Assembly: GCA_033442325.1 (NCBI GenBank)
Contig: JAWQFM010000034.1
Span: 131,882 to 195,881 of the forward strand
Reading direction: 5' to 3'
Source of the DNA: Salpingoeca rosetta
Lineage: Eukaryota; Protista; Choanoflagellata
DNA: 64,000 bases
The notes beneath the pieces were generated by a model. That model did not search any database. It was not told the origin of the DNA and saw only the letters and a list, made by a program, of their open reading frames with translations. The position numbers were made by a program, and so were the translations under genes. This document shows positions 15,144 through 34,552 of the stretch, piece by piece (positions within the stretch are counted from its first letter, which is position 1; each line of letters begins with the position of its first letter).

Positions 15144-16634
15144 CACACAAGTACGAACCAAGTCACGCGCGAGGGTACGTCAGTATGGATGGGTGAAACG
15201 AACACAATTGGGCGATCCGAAATCAAAGCGAAAAGATGATACAGCGCCACACAAGAGCACACCATGACCATCACTACCCCCCCCCCTTCCCAAAAAACAA
15301 TCATCACCACCATCACGCGTGGTGCGCGCTCACCTCGCGGGCGACGTTGCTGGTGCGGACCTCCTGCAGCACGTTACCGACGCACACGTAGTCGATCAGC
15401 GACTTATCAATGGCCGTGCGCTTCAGCAGAGCCCTGGTGTGCACAACCATGAGGTAAGATGGGGTGAGATTTGACATGAGCGATGATATGGAAATGAGAT
15501 GCGGTGTCGTGGGTCCAGGAATGATGATATGGCGTGGGGATTGAGTGCGTGTCGAGGGATTTGGGCTTCATGCAGCATGATCAACTCAACACACTCAACG
15601 AAGACGGACACAAAGACATTCGCACAAACACACGGTTACAAATGCACGCTGACAACCCACGCACACACACGCACGCACGTAGGAGTACTCACTTGAGGGC
15701 CTCGCGGGAGAGGTCGTGGCACTGCATGTCATTGTAGCTGGGGGCGGGCACGACGCACGACACAAGGGCAAGGTAAGGGAAGCGGTGAACAGTGGTGAGA
15801 AAGAAGCAAACAAAAGGGTAAGAAGGCAGGCAAGCACATCCAGTACGGACACGCGCACAACCACGCATTGCAGAGAGAAGAGGAGACTCACTCGGTGCCG
15901 GACATGAGGAAAGGGGTGCGCACACCCTCAATCAGGGCCACCCGCGGCCCAGCGGCCTTGACTGGAAACGGAGACAAACAAACAAACACACAACCAAGCA
16001 GTGTGAGAGCGCGTGTGCATGTGTCAGAGTGTATTCGTGCATTGCGTTCAAGGACTGGGATACATATGGTTGTTAGCAAGCAGCCCAGCAAACACACTCT
16101 TCCCAGTATGGACAAATACAACCGAAAACAAGCAAACAAACAAACAAGCACACATCACAGACACATGCACAGACACACAATCGCACACAAACATTGGTGC
16201 AACTCAACGACTCACGGGAAGCGGTGCGACGCTGGCCATGTGTGTTGACACCTGTGGTGTGTGCGTGCAGGGATGATGTGGAAACAAATGAGGGGAGGGG
16301 GAGCAGTGAAGCACCGTGAGACACAAGGGTTAGACACGGTTGGTATTGTTGCCGCTGTTGCTGCTGTGGTTTCCTCGCTCAACTGATGCAGGGTGGCGCG
16401 ATTGCGATTTGGCAGCAACAAAGGCAAAACACAAACACATCATCAAACACACACACAAAGACACACAAACGCAAACATCACCCGTACGCCCATGCACGAC
16501 CACCCACCCACACACACATATACACACAAGCACGCAAAGACAGAGAATAACCACAGCCACCACTCACGGGCAGACGCAGCAGTGAGACGGGGGAGAACAG
16601 CCGATGTGGTGGCTGCGGCACGTTGAGACAGCAT
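12126..16634 (-). CDS. HADHB: 3-ketoacyl-CoA thiolase, mitochondrial trifunctional enzyme beta-subunit type; at least 13 exons; nucleophilic Cys exon falls in the gap
   Basis: Arg/Ala-rich presequence [128 protein letters not shown]. Confidence 0.95.
14791..14946. other. Assembly gap inside the thiolase gene
   Basis: Run of N. Confidence 1.
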
Positions 16635-16699
16635 AGCTGGTTGTTGGTGTTGGCGGTTCAAAGGTGTTGCTGTATTGGGGGGTTCAGTGGAGTTTGTGA

Positions 16700-18745
<2,046 letters not shown>

Positions 18746-19324
18746 AAAATATACACCTCTTGTCTTGCTTCTCGTTTGGCGGGAAATGTGTCCTGCTGGT
18801 TGCGCGGGAACACAAGTCCAAGTCCTCAAACCATAGAAACCATGCACCCTCCTCCTCTCAACCACCACACATGTGCTGACGTTTGTGAAGAGAGACGAAA
18901 CGACGAGTGCTGTGTGTGTGTGTGTGTGCGGCAAGATGGCCCTTGCATGCAGGCACGGTAAAGCCGCACATTTGCTGAGGTTCAAACAGACGCTTGACTG
19001 CTTGACTGCTTGACTGCTTGAATGCGAATGAAGGGATGCGAACTGAACGAGTGAGTGCAAAGGCTTTGGGGGGGTCTTGAACTGTGAAGCGAAGACAAGC
19101 CCTGCGCTTTCACGGCCTCACTGCGTCATGGTACTTGCAAGGCATCCATCTCTTTCCCTTCCATTTCCCCTCCCTTCCCTTCTCTTCCTTCCCTTCTCTT
19201 CCTTCCCTTCTCTTCCTTCCCTTCTCTTCCTTTCTGCTCTGCTTTTCGCGGGTCATTTTCAGTTTGTCCCACTCGCGCTCTCTTGTCACTGCCACGCACC
19301 ACACACGACACGCAAACAGCGAAG

Positions 19325-23410
<4,086 letters not shown>

Positions 23411-23964
23411 TGGGCGGTATTCGCATTCAAGTTTGGGGTCAGCAGGGCAGTAGCGGTGATCGTGGTCATGGTGGAGGTGTGTGTGTGTGTGAGTGAGTGA
23501 GTGAGTGAGTGAGTGAGTGAGTGAGTGAGTGAGTGAGTGAGTGAGTGAGTGAGTGAGTGAGTGAGTGAGTGAGTGAGTGAGTGAGTGAGTGAGTGAGTGT
23601 GTGTGTGTTTGTGTGTGTGTGAGTGTGTGAGTTAGTGAGAGAGAGAGTGTGTGAGTGAGTTAGTGAGTTAGTGAGAGAGAGTGTGAGTGAGAGAGTGAGT
23701 GAGTGAATGAATGATTGAGTGAGTGTGGTGTTGGACGATACAGCAGAAGGAATGTCGAGTCGTTTATTGCGAGAAATTAAAGAGAAAGAAGTCAACTGCA
23801 GTGGACGCAAGCACCAGGGCACAGAGAGCAAATCCAGCATGCACACAAACACAGACACAGGCATACACACATACAACACATACACTCACACACACACAAA
23901 CACATAGAACACACAAACACACACACACACACACACAAACACATAGAACACACACATGACCCCA

Positions 23965-24820
23965 TCAGCTGGCCTCCCCCTGCTCCTGTGCGGCGCCACC
24001 GCAGCTGGCCTCCTGCAAGACAAGCTCAATCACCCTGAGGCTGATCAGCTCCATGTCGGCGTTCAGCAGCAGCTTGTGCTTCGCTCGTGCGTGTGCAAGA
24101 TAGTCCTCCACGCGCGCAAACCGGTCGTGACAGGAGTAGTGCCGACATATGAACGGCATCTCGCTCAGGTGCACGGCAATGTGCTGCCTAAAGGCCTCGA
24201 ATGTCTTGAAGTTGCCCCGGCGACACGAGGGGCAGCACGTGTTGCGCACGTGGCAATTGGTGATGTGCACGCTGTGTCGACCAATCCCCTTCTGCACACG
24301 CCCGCACCTGCGGCAGAGGAACGCGCGGAACCCAGGGTGGTTGTCGCGAAAGTGCTCGGCCATGTCTTCAATGGCACTCAGCTCTTCCGAGCACACGTAG
24401 CATGTGCGCGACATGTGTGCTCGGAGCTGCTGCTGTTGCTGTTTGCGCCTTTTCTTGCACACGAGCAAAGAATCTGGCTCGACAGCCACCAGCTCAACAT
24501 CCTCGGCAATTGCCTGCGTCGGGTTGTCGTGACCAGGGTAGAAGGCACGCGGGCGTGCGCTGCGACCGCCAAGACGGTAGTCGGTAACAACCTTGCAACC
24601 GCTGCTCGTGTTAGCTTGGCCTTGCGCGTCGCTGCCTTGTGCAGTGTCGCTCATCACTGCGGGTGCCTTCCCATCACCGCCGTGAGCAGCAGCAGCAGCA
24701 ATAGCAGTAGCAGCAGCAGGAGCAGTAGCATGCTTGTCCTTGCCCTCATCATCCTGTTCCTCCGCGTCAGCGGCATCCTCCTCCTCCTCCTCCTCCTCCT
24801 CCTCCTCCTCCTCCTCCTCC

Positions 24821-24855
<35 letters not shown>

Positions 24856-25500
24856 GTCGTCGTCATCATCGTCGTCATCACTGTCCACCTTCTTGTCAAT
24901 GGTGCTGCTCCACAATGCATCTTCATCGTGATCGCCACCGTCACCGTCATCACCTTCATCACCAGCCCCCTCCAGCACCACCTTGGAGCGTCGCTTTCGC
25001 TGCATGTGTCTGGCCTGTCTCAGCGACGTTGCGCCACAGCGCCACAGCAGAAACACCTTGTGTCGCAGCTTCCGGTTTGCCTCCTGTATCAGGGGCTGCA
25101 CCTCCTCCCCTGTTCGCCACGCAAACCCATCGTCATATCCGCCGGTGGCAAACTCATCCACACCCTCCACGTCCTCGATTGTGTCGGGCTCAATGTTGCG
25201 CACAAGCTCGTCCATGTGTGCGCGTGTGTGGTGTTCGCGCACGCGCAAGAGCGACGATGCCCCATACAGGCACATGCAGCAGTGGTAGGGTCGCACCGGC
25301 AGCAGGTTCGCCTCACGCAGCAACTGTGTCAGCAGCTCGGGTGACCGTGGTTTGAGGTTGCTCTTACCACCATCAGGATTCCTACTTGGCTTATCACCAC
25401 CACCACCGCCGCCGCCACCATCACCTCCACCGTTCTCGTTGCCTTTGCGTGTCTCATTTTTGTCGGCCGTCTCCTTGCCTGCAGCATTCTTGTCTCTTTC

Positions 25501-25582
<82 letters not shown>

Positions 25583-26623
25583 GCTGTGCGATGGGCAGCG
25601 TCGAGGCGTGCTTGCTGCACTATCGCATCCACGAGCGCGTTCACCGTCTTTCGCGGAACGCCGATGTTTGTGGTGCTGTATTGTGCGGTGCTCGGCGACG
25701 AGCAGTTCGTCGTTGGCCTGTCTTGGGTCTTGGCACGTTTGAGTCGTGGCCAGCCATCGCCGCTGCTCCTGTGGGCGCCGTGGGGCGTTGTGTTGGGCTG
25801 TGCTGCTGTCTCCACTTCTGCCACTTGTTCCTTGTGTTGATGTGTGTCGTCTAGCCATGCGTGCCAGCACTGCCGCACTTGCTTGTCAAACTCCGCCAGC
25901 TCTTCAGCCAGCTGGGCCTTGCGCCTCCTGACAGCGCACGTGCGTCGACGCCGCAGCTCAATCGGGTCAACAAGGCGCTGTTCCAACGGCAACACGGACA
26001 GGGACTTAGGCCTCTTCATCAACGGTGGCACGTATGGCGTTAGCGGCACATGTGCAACGTGGTGCACCGTCATCTTGGTGCCGTTGGGCGCGGCACATTG
26101 CGGAAAAATATTTGAAAATAAAGCAAATATTCGCAGATGGAAGAGGAGACACAACAGCGCATTCTGCTTCGTCTGCCTGCTTGTCTCTCTCCTCACACAC
26201 ACACAGACACACACACAGACACACACACAGACACACACACAGACACACACACAGACACACACACAGACACACACAGACACACACACACACACACACACAC
26301 ACCTCACGCGCTTCCGCATGGTGTTGTAACGCAGCAACATCGTTCATTCTTTCATTTAGTTAGGAGGGCAGAAGCAACAACAGCGGGCGGGGTCAGTCAA
26401 ATACTCAACAATCGGGTCAGTCAGAGAAATGGGGAGGGGAAACAAGGCAATCAGCCAGAACAAGGCGAGAAGCAGGTGAGGAACAATGGAAGGGTGTCAT
26501 GTAACGGAGAGCACCAGCAACCAGTCGTGTGAGTGCAGCAGCGAAGGGTTGTTTGAGTGCAGCAGCGATCAGCCGTGTGAGTGCAGCAGCGCGTTTTCAT
26601 GCTCTGACAGAGACACACATGCA

Positions 26624-26685
<62 letters not shown>

Positions 26686-27517
26686 TCACGAGCCGCCGGC
26701 TGGGATTAACAACAACAGCAGCAGCGTGTGTGCTTGGAGATCAGTTCAGGAGTCAGGCAGGGATGCTCCAGGAGAGGTAGGTGGGCTGATGGGTCCACGT
26801 GCGGTGCATGTTCTGTCGGGAGAGGTGTGTGATGCCCGTGCTGCCCTTCATATTGATGGAGGTGAGCTCGCGGCAGTTGCGCAAGAGCCACTCCATGCCC
26901 TGGTCCGTAATGTTTGGGCAGTACGCAATCTGAATCTGTTGGCGAGTGACGGGAGTAGGAGTAGTAGTAGTAGTGGTGGTGGTGGTGGTGGTGGTGGTAT
27001 TGGATGAGGGCAGTGGTGGGGGTGGGGAGATGGGGAACAAACAGGTAGGCATGCATATGGATAGATGCATGGACAGACAATCACAGACAGACAGACAGAC
27101 ACACAGACAGACACACACGCACACAGACACAGACGCACACGAGACGTGTGCGTACATGCTTGAGCTTGAGGGGGCGTGACGCTGCGTTCATCTCCAGGAC
27201 CTCAAACACGGAATCGTCCGTGTGTGTGAGGGAGAGGCTCAGCGACGACAGCTGCTCCAGCTCCCACACGCGGCACAACGCTGGTGAAGAAGAGGTGGCA
27301 GGTGTACGTGTGTAGTATGCGTTGGTTGTGATTGATGAGCGAGTTGTGGACAGGGGGGGGGGGCATACCAGCAAAGCTTGGCACAGACACATGGACTCAT
27401 GTCCACATGTACACGTGTAGACATGTAGACACTCACGCACACGCATTCACATTCACCAACACACACACGCACACAAACACAAACACACAAACACAGATAT
27501 ACAGACACGACACACAC

Positions 27518-27564
<47 letters not shown>

Positions 27565-28280
27565 CTCTCTCTCTCCAACGTACTGCCTGGGGAGTAGGCC
27601 TGGTTACGGCTGATGTCCAGGGACTCGATATGGGGACAGCTCTCCACGATGGTGGCTATGGTTCGGTCCGTGGCAAAGCGGCAGTTTGAGAGGTTGATGG
27701 CAGTAAGGGTTGCCCCACTTCGCATCAGCAGCCGCATCAGCGCTAGGTCGAGGTTGGCGGAAGTGCAATGAATGAGATCAGACGACAGGCAGACAAGTAG
27801 ATGCGCGCGCAGGCAGGCAGGCAGGCAAGTAGAACCACATGAAGATAAACATGCAAACAGATGGGATAAGCGGCAGCCAACGTGCACCAAATGAGTGAGG
27901 GCTCACATTGTTCGCGGCAGGAAGGCACTCGTACGCTGGGCGAGTAGGTGCAGGTGAAGGACGTGAGGAGAGGACAGCGCTCGGCAATGAGGTTGAACAT
28001 GGGCGTGGACACGGGCGTGTTCCGGAAGACAACCTCGGTGATGGCGGAGCAGGCCAGCTGGTCACACAGCTCATGGTCCAGGACGCCACGGCGGCTCAAG
28101 CGCGCAAACACGTCCTTCTGCTCAGTGCAGGGGAGGAGGAAAAGGTGGGGGGGGGGAAAGGAAGGGGTGGGCAAGGTCGTGTGAGCATGCAGACATGGGT
28201 GGACAAGCAGGTGGGCGTGTAGGAGAACCAAAGCACAGACAGGCAGGCAGACAGAAACGCGGACACAGACACAGACAGAC

Positions 28281-28357
<77 letters not shown>

Positions 28358-28475
28358 ACCACACACACACACACACGCACACACACACGCGCGCGCGCAT
28401 ACACAAAAACGCACACACATTCACTTCTGCTTGCTGACTACTTTTGATGAGTGCAATTTCCACATTTTCTTTCAT
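23965..28475 (-). CDS. AMN1/FBXL-type LRR N-terminus, poly-Q, D/E tract and about five C2H2 zinc fingers; modelled as one gene (exons ~28425-28475?, 27934-28117, 27608-27750, 27154-27281, 26799-26936, 26303-26348, 23965-26073)
   Basis: LRR_CC repeats: IAERCPLLTSF, LTAINLSNCRFATDRTIATIVESCPHIESLDIS, IAYCPNITDQGMEWLLRNCRELTSINM. Fingers: CCMC..HHTRAH, CYVC..HFRDNH, CRRC..HITNCH, CPSC..HIAVH, CRHYSC..HARAKH. The linking exon has a CTAAC branch point and compatible phases. First exon uncertain. Confidence 0.75.
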
Positions 28476-28482
28476 CAACGTT

Positions 28483-28570
28483 CTCACCGTAGCTCAGTTG
28501 GCAGAGCGTGGGATTGTAGACGGTTAATTCAGAATTCCTACGGTCACTGGTTCGATTCCAGTCGGTGAGA
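28483..28570 (+). tRNA. trnY-GTA: tRNA-Tyr(GTA) with a ~15-nt intron (28520-28534)
   Basis: Acceptor stem CTCACCG/CGGTGAG+A, D-arm GCTC-AGTTGGCA-GAGC, anticodon stem TGGGA/TCCTA with GTA, intron after position 37, T-arm ACTGG-TTCGATT-CCAGT, downstream TTTTT Pol III terminator. Confidence 0.94.
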
Positions 28571-28851
28571 TTAATTTTTCTCCTTTTGACGCCTGTTGTG
28601 CTTGTGTTGTCGTCGCGAGTGCAATGCGAGTTGCTTCCACCACCACACACATATACGCGCAGGTGCTGCAAGTTCACATCAACCACATGCTGCTTCTTCT
28701 TTCATTGCGTTCTGGTTTTGTACTTCTTACTGACCAGAGGGACAAAAGAACGCAACTGAAACAACACAGCCAGCCGCAACCCTCGGTCGCGTGCTGTTTC
28801 CAGGTTTCCATCTACTCTACTACAACCACAAACTCACGCGCATGGGCTACG

Positions 28852-29016
28852 CTACACCTGAGGCAAGGGCTGTGGGGTGAAGGATGGGGTGGTGCGGTTG
28901 TGCGTCAGGTGGGGCCAGTGGTCGCCCTGATCAAACGCCAGCTCGTCCACGGCCATGATGCGTGGGTTCGATCCGCCAATCCTGCCGTTGTGCCACGCAT
29001 GATACACGACATACCC
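28852..29016 (-). CDS. Last exon of a glycoside hydrolase family 43 (arabinanase/xylosidase-like) protein; upstream exons not visible, probably in the gap
   Basis: YVVYHAWHNGRIGGSNPRIMAVDELAFDQGDHWPHL...PSFTPQPLP* matches the GH43 last blade (YHAW...R...D...WP). Preceded by a CAG acceptor. Confidence 0.72.
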   Translation of the reverse strand, partial: GYVVYHAWHNGRIGGSNPRIMAVDELAFDQGDHWPHLTHNRTTPSFTPQPLPQV

Positions 29017-29076
29017 TGATTGGCAAAACACGCGAGCGTCAGTGGTTGGTGCATGGGAGTATGGCAGTGTATGGGT

Positions 29077-29176
29077 NNNNNNNNNNNNNNNNNNNNNNNN
29101 NNNNNNNNNNNNNNNNNNNNNNNNNNNNNNNNNNNNNNNNNNNNNNNNNNNNNNNNNNNNNNNNNNNNNNNNNNNN
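29077..29176. other. Assembly gap (100 N; true size probably larger)
   Basis: Run of N; most of the GH43 gene is missing here. Confidence 1.
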
Positions 29177-29359
29177 TAAGGCATTGTATGCTTTGTGGAT
29201 GTCAACCAGGTGCTCGTTTTCTTGCTCCTTCTTTGGGTAGTCTTATGGGATGGAGGTTGAAGTAAAGGGCTCCCCCCTTCCCATCCTTCGGGCCCTCCTT
29301 TCTTACCTCCCCTCTAGAACCACACCACCTCACATATAACCATCTGTCACACACACAGA

Positions 29360-29429
<70 letters not shown>

Positions 29430-29592
29430 TTGTGCTCACTGTTCCTCTGTCGCTGCAAACACGTGTGGTGGCTGCCGTGTGTCATCCGTTCATGATGTGT
29501 ATTGTAACGCAATCAAATCAAGCCATGAAGCGAGCGAGCGAGCGAGCGAGCGTGAGTGGGTGAGTGAGTGAGTGAGTGAGTGAGGGAATGTG

Positions 29593-29676
<84 letters not shown>

Positions 29677-29761
29677 GGTCGTGGTGTGAGCGAACGCTGC
29701 GGTGTGAACGAAAGCAACGCAGAATGTGCGTGTGTGTGTGTGTGTGTGCGTGCGTGACAGC

Positions 29762-30860
29762 TCAGTCCTTCTTGGTGCGGCCAATAAAGTCGTCCATGGA
29801 ATCACTGCGGCGTCAACGCAAACCAGTGCGCGCGTGCATGTGAATGAGGGAATGCGTGTGCATCGTATGTACAAGCATACACACGCGTGTGTTTTGGGTA
29901 TGTCATGGATGAGTAGCAAGCACCACAGTCACAACCACAAAGACCACCACCACGACCCCCTTGTACACGGGGACAGCCACTCCCTTGACAACACCACCAC
30001 GCCATGCACCAACTTTGCGCCAAAGAGGTCGACAATGGCATCCGAGATGCTTGGGGGCAGAATGCCCTGCAGGAACTGTCCAAAGTACAGGAACCGCGGG
30101 ATGGCAACCGTCGCCTGTGCCACGTGCACACACACACACACACATGGTGATATGTATTGTGTTGCGAGATATGTGTTGTGGTGTGAGGGCGTGTGGGAAA
30201 GAGGGCGTTTGCACACTTCACGAGCGGCCGGCAGACACACAACACACGCAACACACCACACCACCAACACAACACACAGCACAGTGCATACACACGCAAC
30301 ACATATGAACCCCCTCCAACCGCCACGTTCACCACCACAGCGTGGCGGCACCTGGTTCATGCGAATTGCGCGAATGGTGCGATCGACAACGAGCTCCGGT
30401 TTCAGAATGGGCAGCAGCCACGGCACCCTGATGATGGTGATGGTGATGGTGGCGGTGGTGGTGGTGAGTAGTGAGTAGTGACAGGTGTGTGAGTTGTGTG
30501 TGGGGTGGTTGTGTGCAGTTGCGTCTGCTTCGTTGTTGTGAGAAACAAGCTCCACCCACTGTCACCACCACTACCAACACCACCAAGGCCACCATCACCA
30601 TCACCATCATTAATCATCAACCACCAATCACGCATCAACCAACTTTGTCTTTGCTCCCTCGAACATGCCCGTGTCGATGAAGAACGGACACACGCACGTC
30701 GTGTGCACACCGGTCTTGCCCATCTTGCGAAGCTCAAACCTGATGGGGAGGGGTGTGAATGCGAGGAGGGCAAAAGATGAACGGGCGGGTGGAGAGGCAG
30801 GCACGCAGACACAAGAACTGTAAGTCAAGCACAGGTACCCTCAACACCAAGCTGCTGCAG

Positions 30861-30942
<82 letters not shown>

Positions 30943-31361
30943 CACGACGCACGTGCACACCTGATGCTCTCGTCAAAGCCGACTGCACCGAATTTGGATG
31001 CGCAGTAGTCAGCGAGCGACGCAACGCCAACCTGTCACAAGTGGCAGCACGTGTCGCAGTCGTGGTGGTGGTGGTGGTGGTGGTGGTGATGGTGGTGGTG
31101 ATGGTGGTGGTGGTGATGGTGGTGGTGATGGTGGTGGTGGTGGTGTGTGCATGCGTCGTGTGCGGTGTGTGTGTGTGTGTGTGTGTGTGCACGAGAGTCA
31201 AACAGGATGCTTCACACAAACATTACGGTCGTCATCCCACGAACTCAAACAACAACAGCAGCCACCAACAACTTAAACAACAAAAACAACAACAACAACA
31301 ACAACTTAAACAACAACAACAGACAACAACAACAACAACAACTTAAACAACAACAACAACT

Positions 31362-31401
<40 letters not shown>

Positions 31402-31851
31402 CTTAAACAACAACAACAACAACAACAACAACAGCAGCAGCACCTTGCCGGCGGAACTGGCGACAGTGACGATGTGGCCGTGATTCTTCTCGAGCATGTC
31501 TGGTGGCGCGACGCGGAAGCAGAGCAGCGATGGGTTGAGGTGGCAAGCATGATGCTTGATGGGAACACAAATAGCAAAAGGTAGAAAGACAGACGGATAT
31601 TGACACACACCGCCATACAGACACATACACAAGCAGACACAGACACAGACACACACAAAACAAACAAACACAAACACACACACACACCATGGGCGCACCT
31701 GGGAGAAAGGCCTTTGTGGTCCAGAAGTGGGCGATTGTGTTGACCTCCATGGTCTTGACCATCTTACTGTCGTCCGCCTCCAGGAACGGCTTTCCGGTCA
31801 CAATGCCAGCATTGTTGACCAGGATGGTCACGGCACCAACCTGCGCACCCA

Positions 31852-31923
<72 letters not shown>

Positions 31924-32031
31924 TGGACAGGGTTGAGGGCGACGTGCAGTGTGAAGGATGGAACGTGGCGGTTGCGCGCTTGGTGTCGCGGGCAGAGCGT
32001 AAATCACGTAAACATCTGAGTTGATGCTCCA

Positions 32032-32117
<86 letters not shown>

Positions 32118-32578
32118 ACCCCCTCCCTAACCACAGCGGCAGCGTCAGCGTACCTCCCGCTTGACTTGCTTGGCGAGGGCGTACACCTTCTCACGATCAG
32201 TGATGTCGATCGCATACGCATGCGCGCGGTCTTGCCCGTGCTTTTCACGAATCTCAGCAACCACTGCAGTGGGTGTGCGTTGGGGGTATGATTGTGTGAG
32301 CACGGAGGGCACATGCACAGGCGGGCGAAATCGACACCCCACATCGATCGTGGGTCACGCGCAACAACCATACTCACCGGCATCAGCGCCCTTCTTATTG
32401 ACGTCCCAGATGACGACCGTGGCACCCAGGCTGAAGCGTTGAGTAATTGATTGATTGGGTGAGTGAGTGCATGTGTAATAAGTGTGAGCAAAGGGGTTCG
32501 ATTCAAGTACAACAAAGTGTAAACTCGCAGTGGCAGATGCACACATGCACACACACACACACACACAGCACACACACA

Positions 32579-32615
<37 letters not shown>

Positions 32616-32630
32616 CACACACACACACAA

Positions 32631-32661
<31 letters not shown>

Positions 32662-33138
32662 TTCCTCCCACCTCCACGCACACACACGCCCACTCACTCT
32701 GCAAACTTGAGGGCCATGCCCTTGCCAATGCCGCTGCCGCCACCGGTGATTAGCACAATCTCCTGCGAGAAGGAGCAGTGGTGGCGATGTAAGCCATAGT
32801 GTGAAGTGGTGCAAGCCAACCATGTACCACTGTTGTCACAACAAGCAAGCAAGCAAACAAACAAACAAACAAACAAACAAACAAATAAACAAACAAACAA
32901 ACAAACAAACAAACAAACAAACAAACGAATAAAGCAAGCGAGCAGTGTGTCTCTATCCTCATTCATTCTCGTCCCTCACCACCATCCACCCACCCTCACT
33001 TCCCACCACCCCTCTCACACTCACGTCCTTCACGCCCTTCAGTGGCCACCAGACGTTGGAGACCAGGCGTCCCAGCATGTGCACGGGCGTGGCAAGCACA
33101 AGCCCAACGCCAGTGGCAACATCCTTCAGCACGTTCAT
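29762..33138 (-). CDS. Short-chain dehydrogenase/reductase, SDR16C family (retinol dehydrogenase / HSD17B11-like), about 11 exons
   Basis: [75 protein letters not shown] (YxxxK), [22 protein letters not shown]. Confidence 0.95.
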
Positions 33139-33306
33139 CTTCAATCGATCAAGGCAAAGCAAAGAAAGAGCAACAAGCGTTGTTGTGTTGTTGTTGTTGT
33201 GGCAGTGAATTGTAGATAATTTGTGAACATTTTCTGGCAATTTTCGACACGGCGCCAGTTTGCGAGGAGGACAACAACAGCGAATCACAAGCCAGCAAGC
33301 AGCACG
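33139..33306. promoter_or_regulatory. Probable bidirectional promoter between the SDR and LCAT-like genes
   Basis: Only 168 bp separate the two divergent ATGs; short AT-richer core. Confidence 0.6.
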
Positions 33307-34484
33307 ATGCCTGGAGCAGCTGTTGTTGTGGTGGTGGTGTCTGTGGCAGCTGTGGCTGCGGTGATGGTGCAGGGGCACCCGATGCTGCACTACTACTCTG
33401 GACTGAAGCACCACGAGGATGACCACGTTGTGTCGGTGGAGGAGCCCGTGGCTCAGACGACGGAGGAAGGACCAGCGAGCAACAACCTGCCGCCCATTGT
33501 GTTTGTGCCTGGTTTGACCAGCGCCGCGCTGGACGTGGAGCTGAACAACGCGCCATCCCTGTTTGGCTGCCCGCACACCACCGAGCCCGGAGAACCGTGA
33601 GCGTCATTGCTACTCTGTTGTGGTGGCTTTGTGTGTGTTCATGTGTGTTTGCCTGTGTTTGCCTGTGTGTGTGCGTGTGTGTGTGCGCGCGCGTGTGTGT
33701 CTGCGCGTGCGTGTGTTCATGTGTGTGCGTGCGTGCGCACGCGTCTGTTGCACTTAATCATCCAAGTGATGCTCAACGATACTCAACGACTCCTATGTTG
33801 CAAATGTACGCGCGTTTATGGGTCACGTGCAGGCTCCGCATGTGGCCTGCACAGATTAACTCCACCAAGGACTACTTCTGCTTCCTGGAGAACCTCAAGA
33901 TGTGGTACGACCCGATTTCGAACCAGCTCCACAACCGCAAGGTCAGCAGCGTCGTGTATTTGCTGCCGCTCTTCTGTTGTGACGCACCGTCACTGCTTGT
34001 ATTCGTGACGCACCGTCACTGCTTGTGCTGTCGTGCTGTTGTTGTGCTGTTGTTGTGCTGTTGTTGTGCGGTTTGTGCGGTTTGTGTCGCTCCACAGCCA
34101 CCAACCCCTTTTGCACACCCACACTCGTTCACACACTCGTTCACACACGACGCACACACACATACACACACACACACACACACACTCGTTCACACGCGCT
34201 GTCCTGCGATGTTCATCATCAGGGCGAGAAGGTATTGGTTGAGGACTGGGGTGGCTTCGAGGGACTGCCGCTGTTCCGCAAGGTGTACACGCCGCTTGTC
34301 AAGAAAGGGTATGTCATTGGCAAGAACCTCTTTGGAGCTCCGTTTGACTGGCGCGGTCCTGCCCGCACATTCCCGGACTTTTTCGCCAACATGACAAAGA
34401 CGGTGGGCTGTTGGTTGCTCTTCTTGCATTGTGGCTGCTTGTGAAGGCGTATTTGCTCGTGATTGCGTGTTTGTGTGCCGTGTT

Positions 34485-34552
<68 letters not shown>

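Noticed and set aside
23956-25344. 462-aa plus-strand ORF (likewise 56238-57284)
   Set aside because: Antisense to the zinc-finger and RTK exons; expected from GC-rich codon usage.
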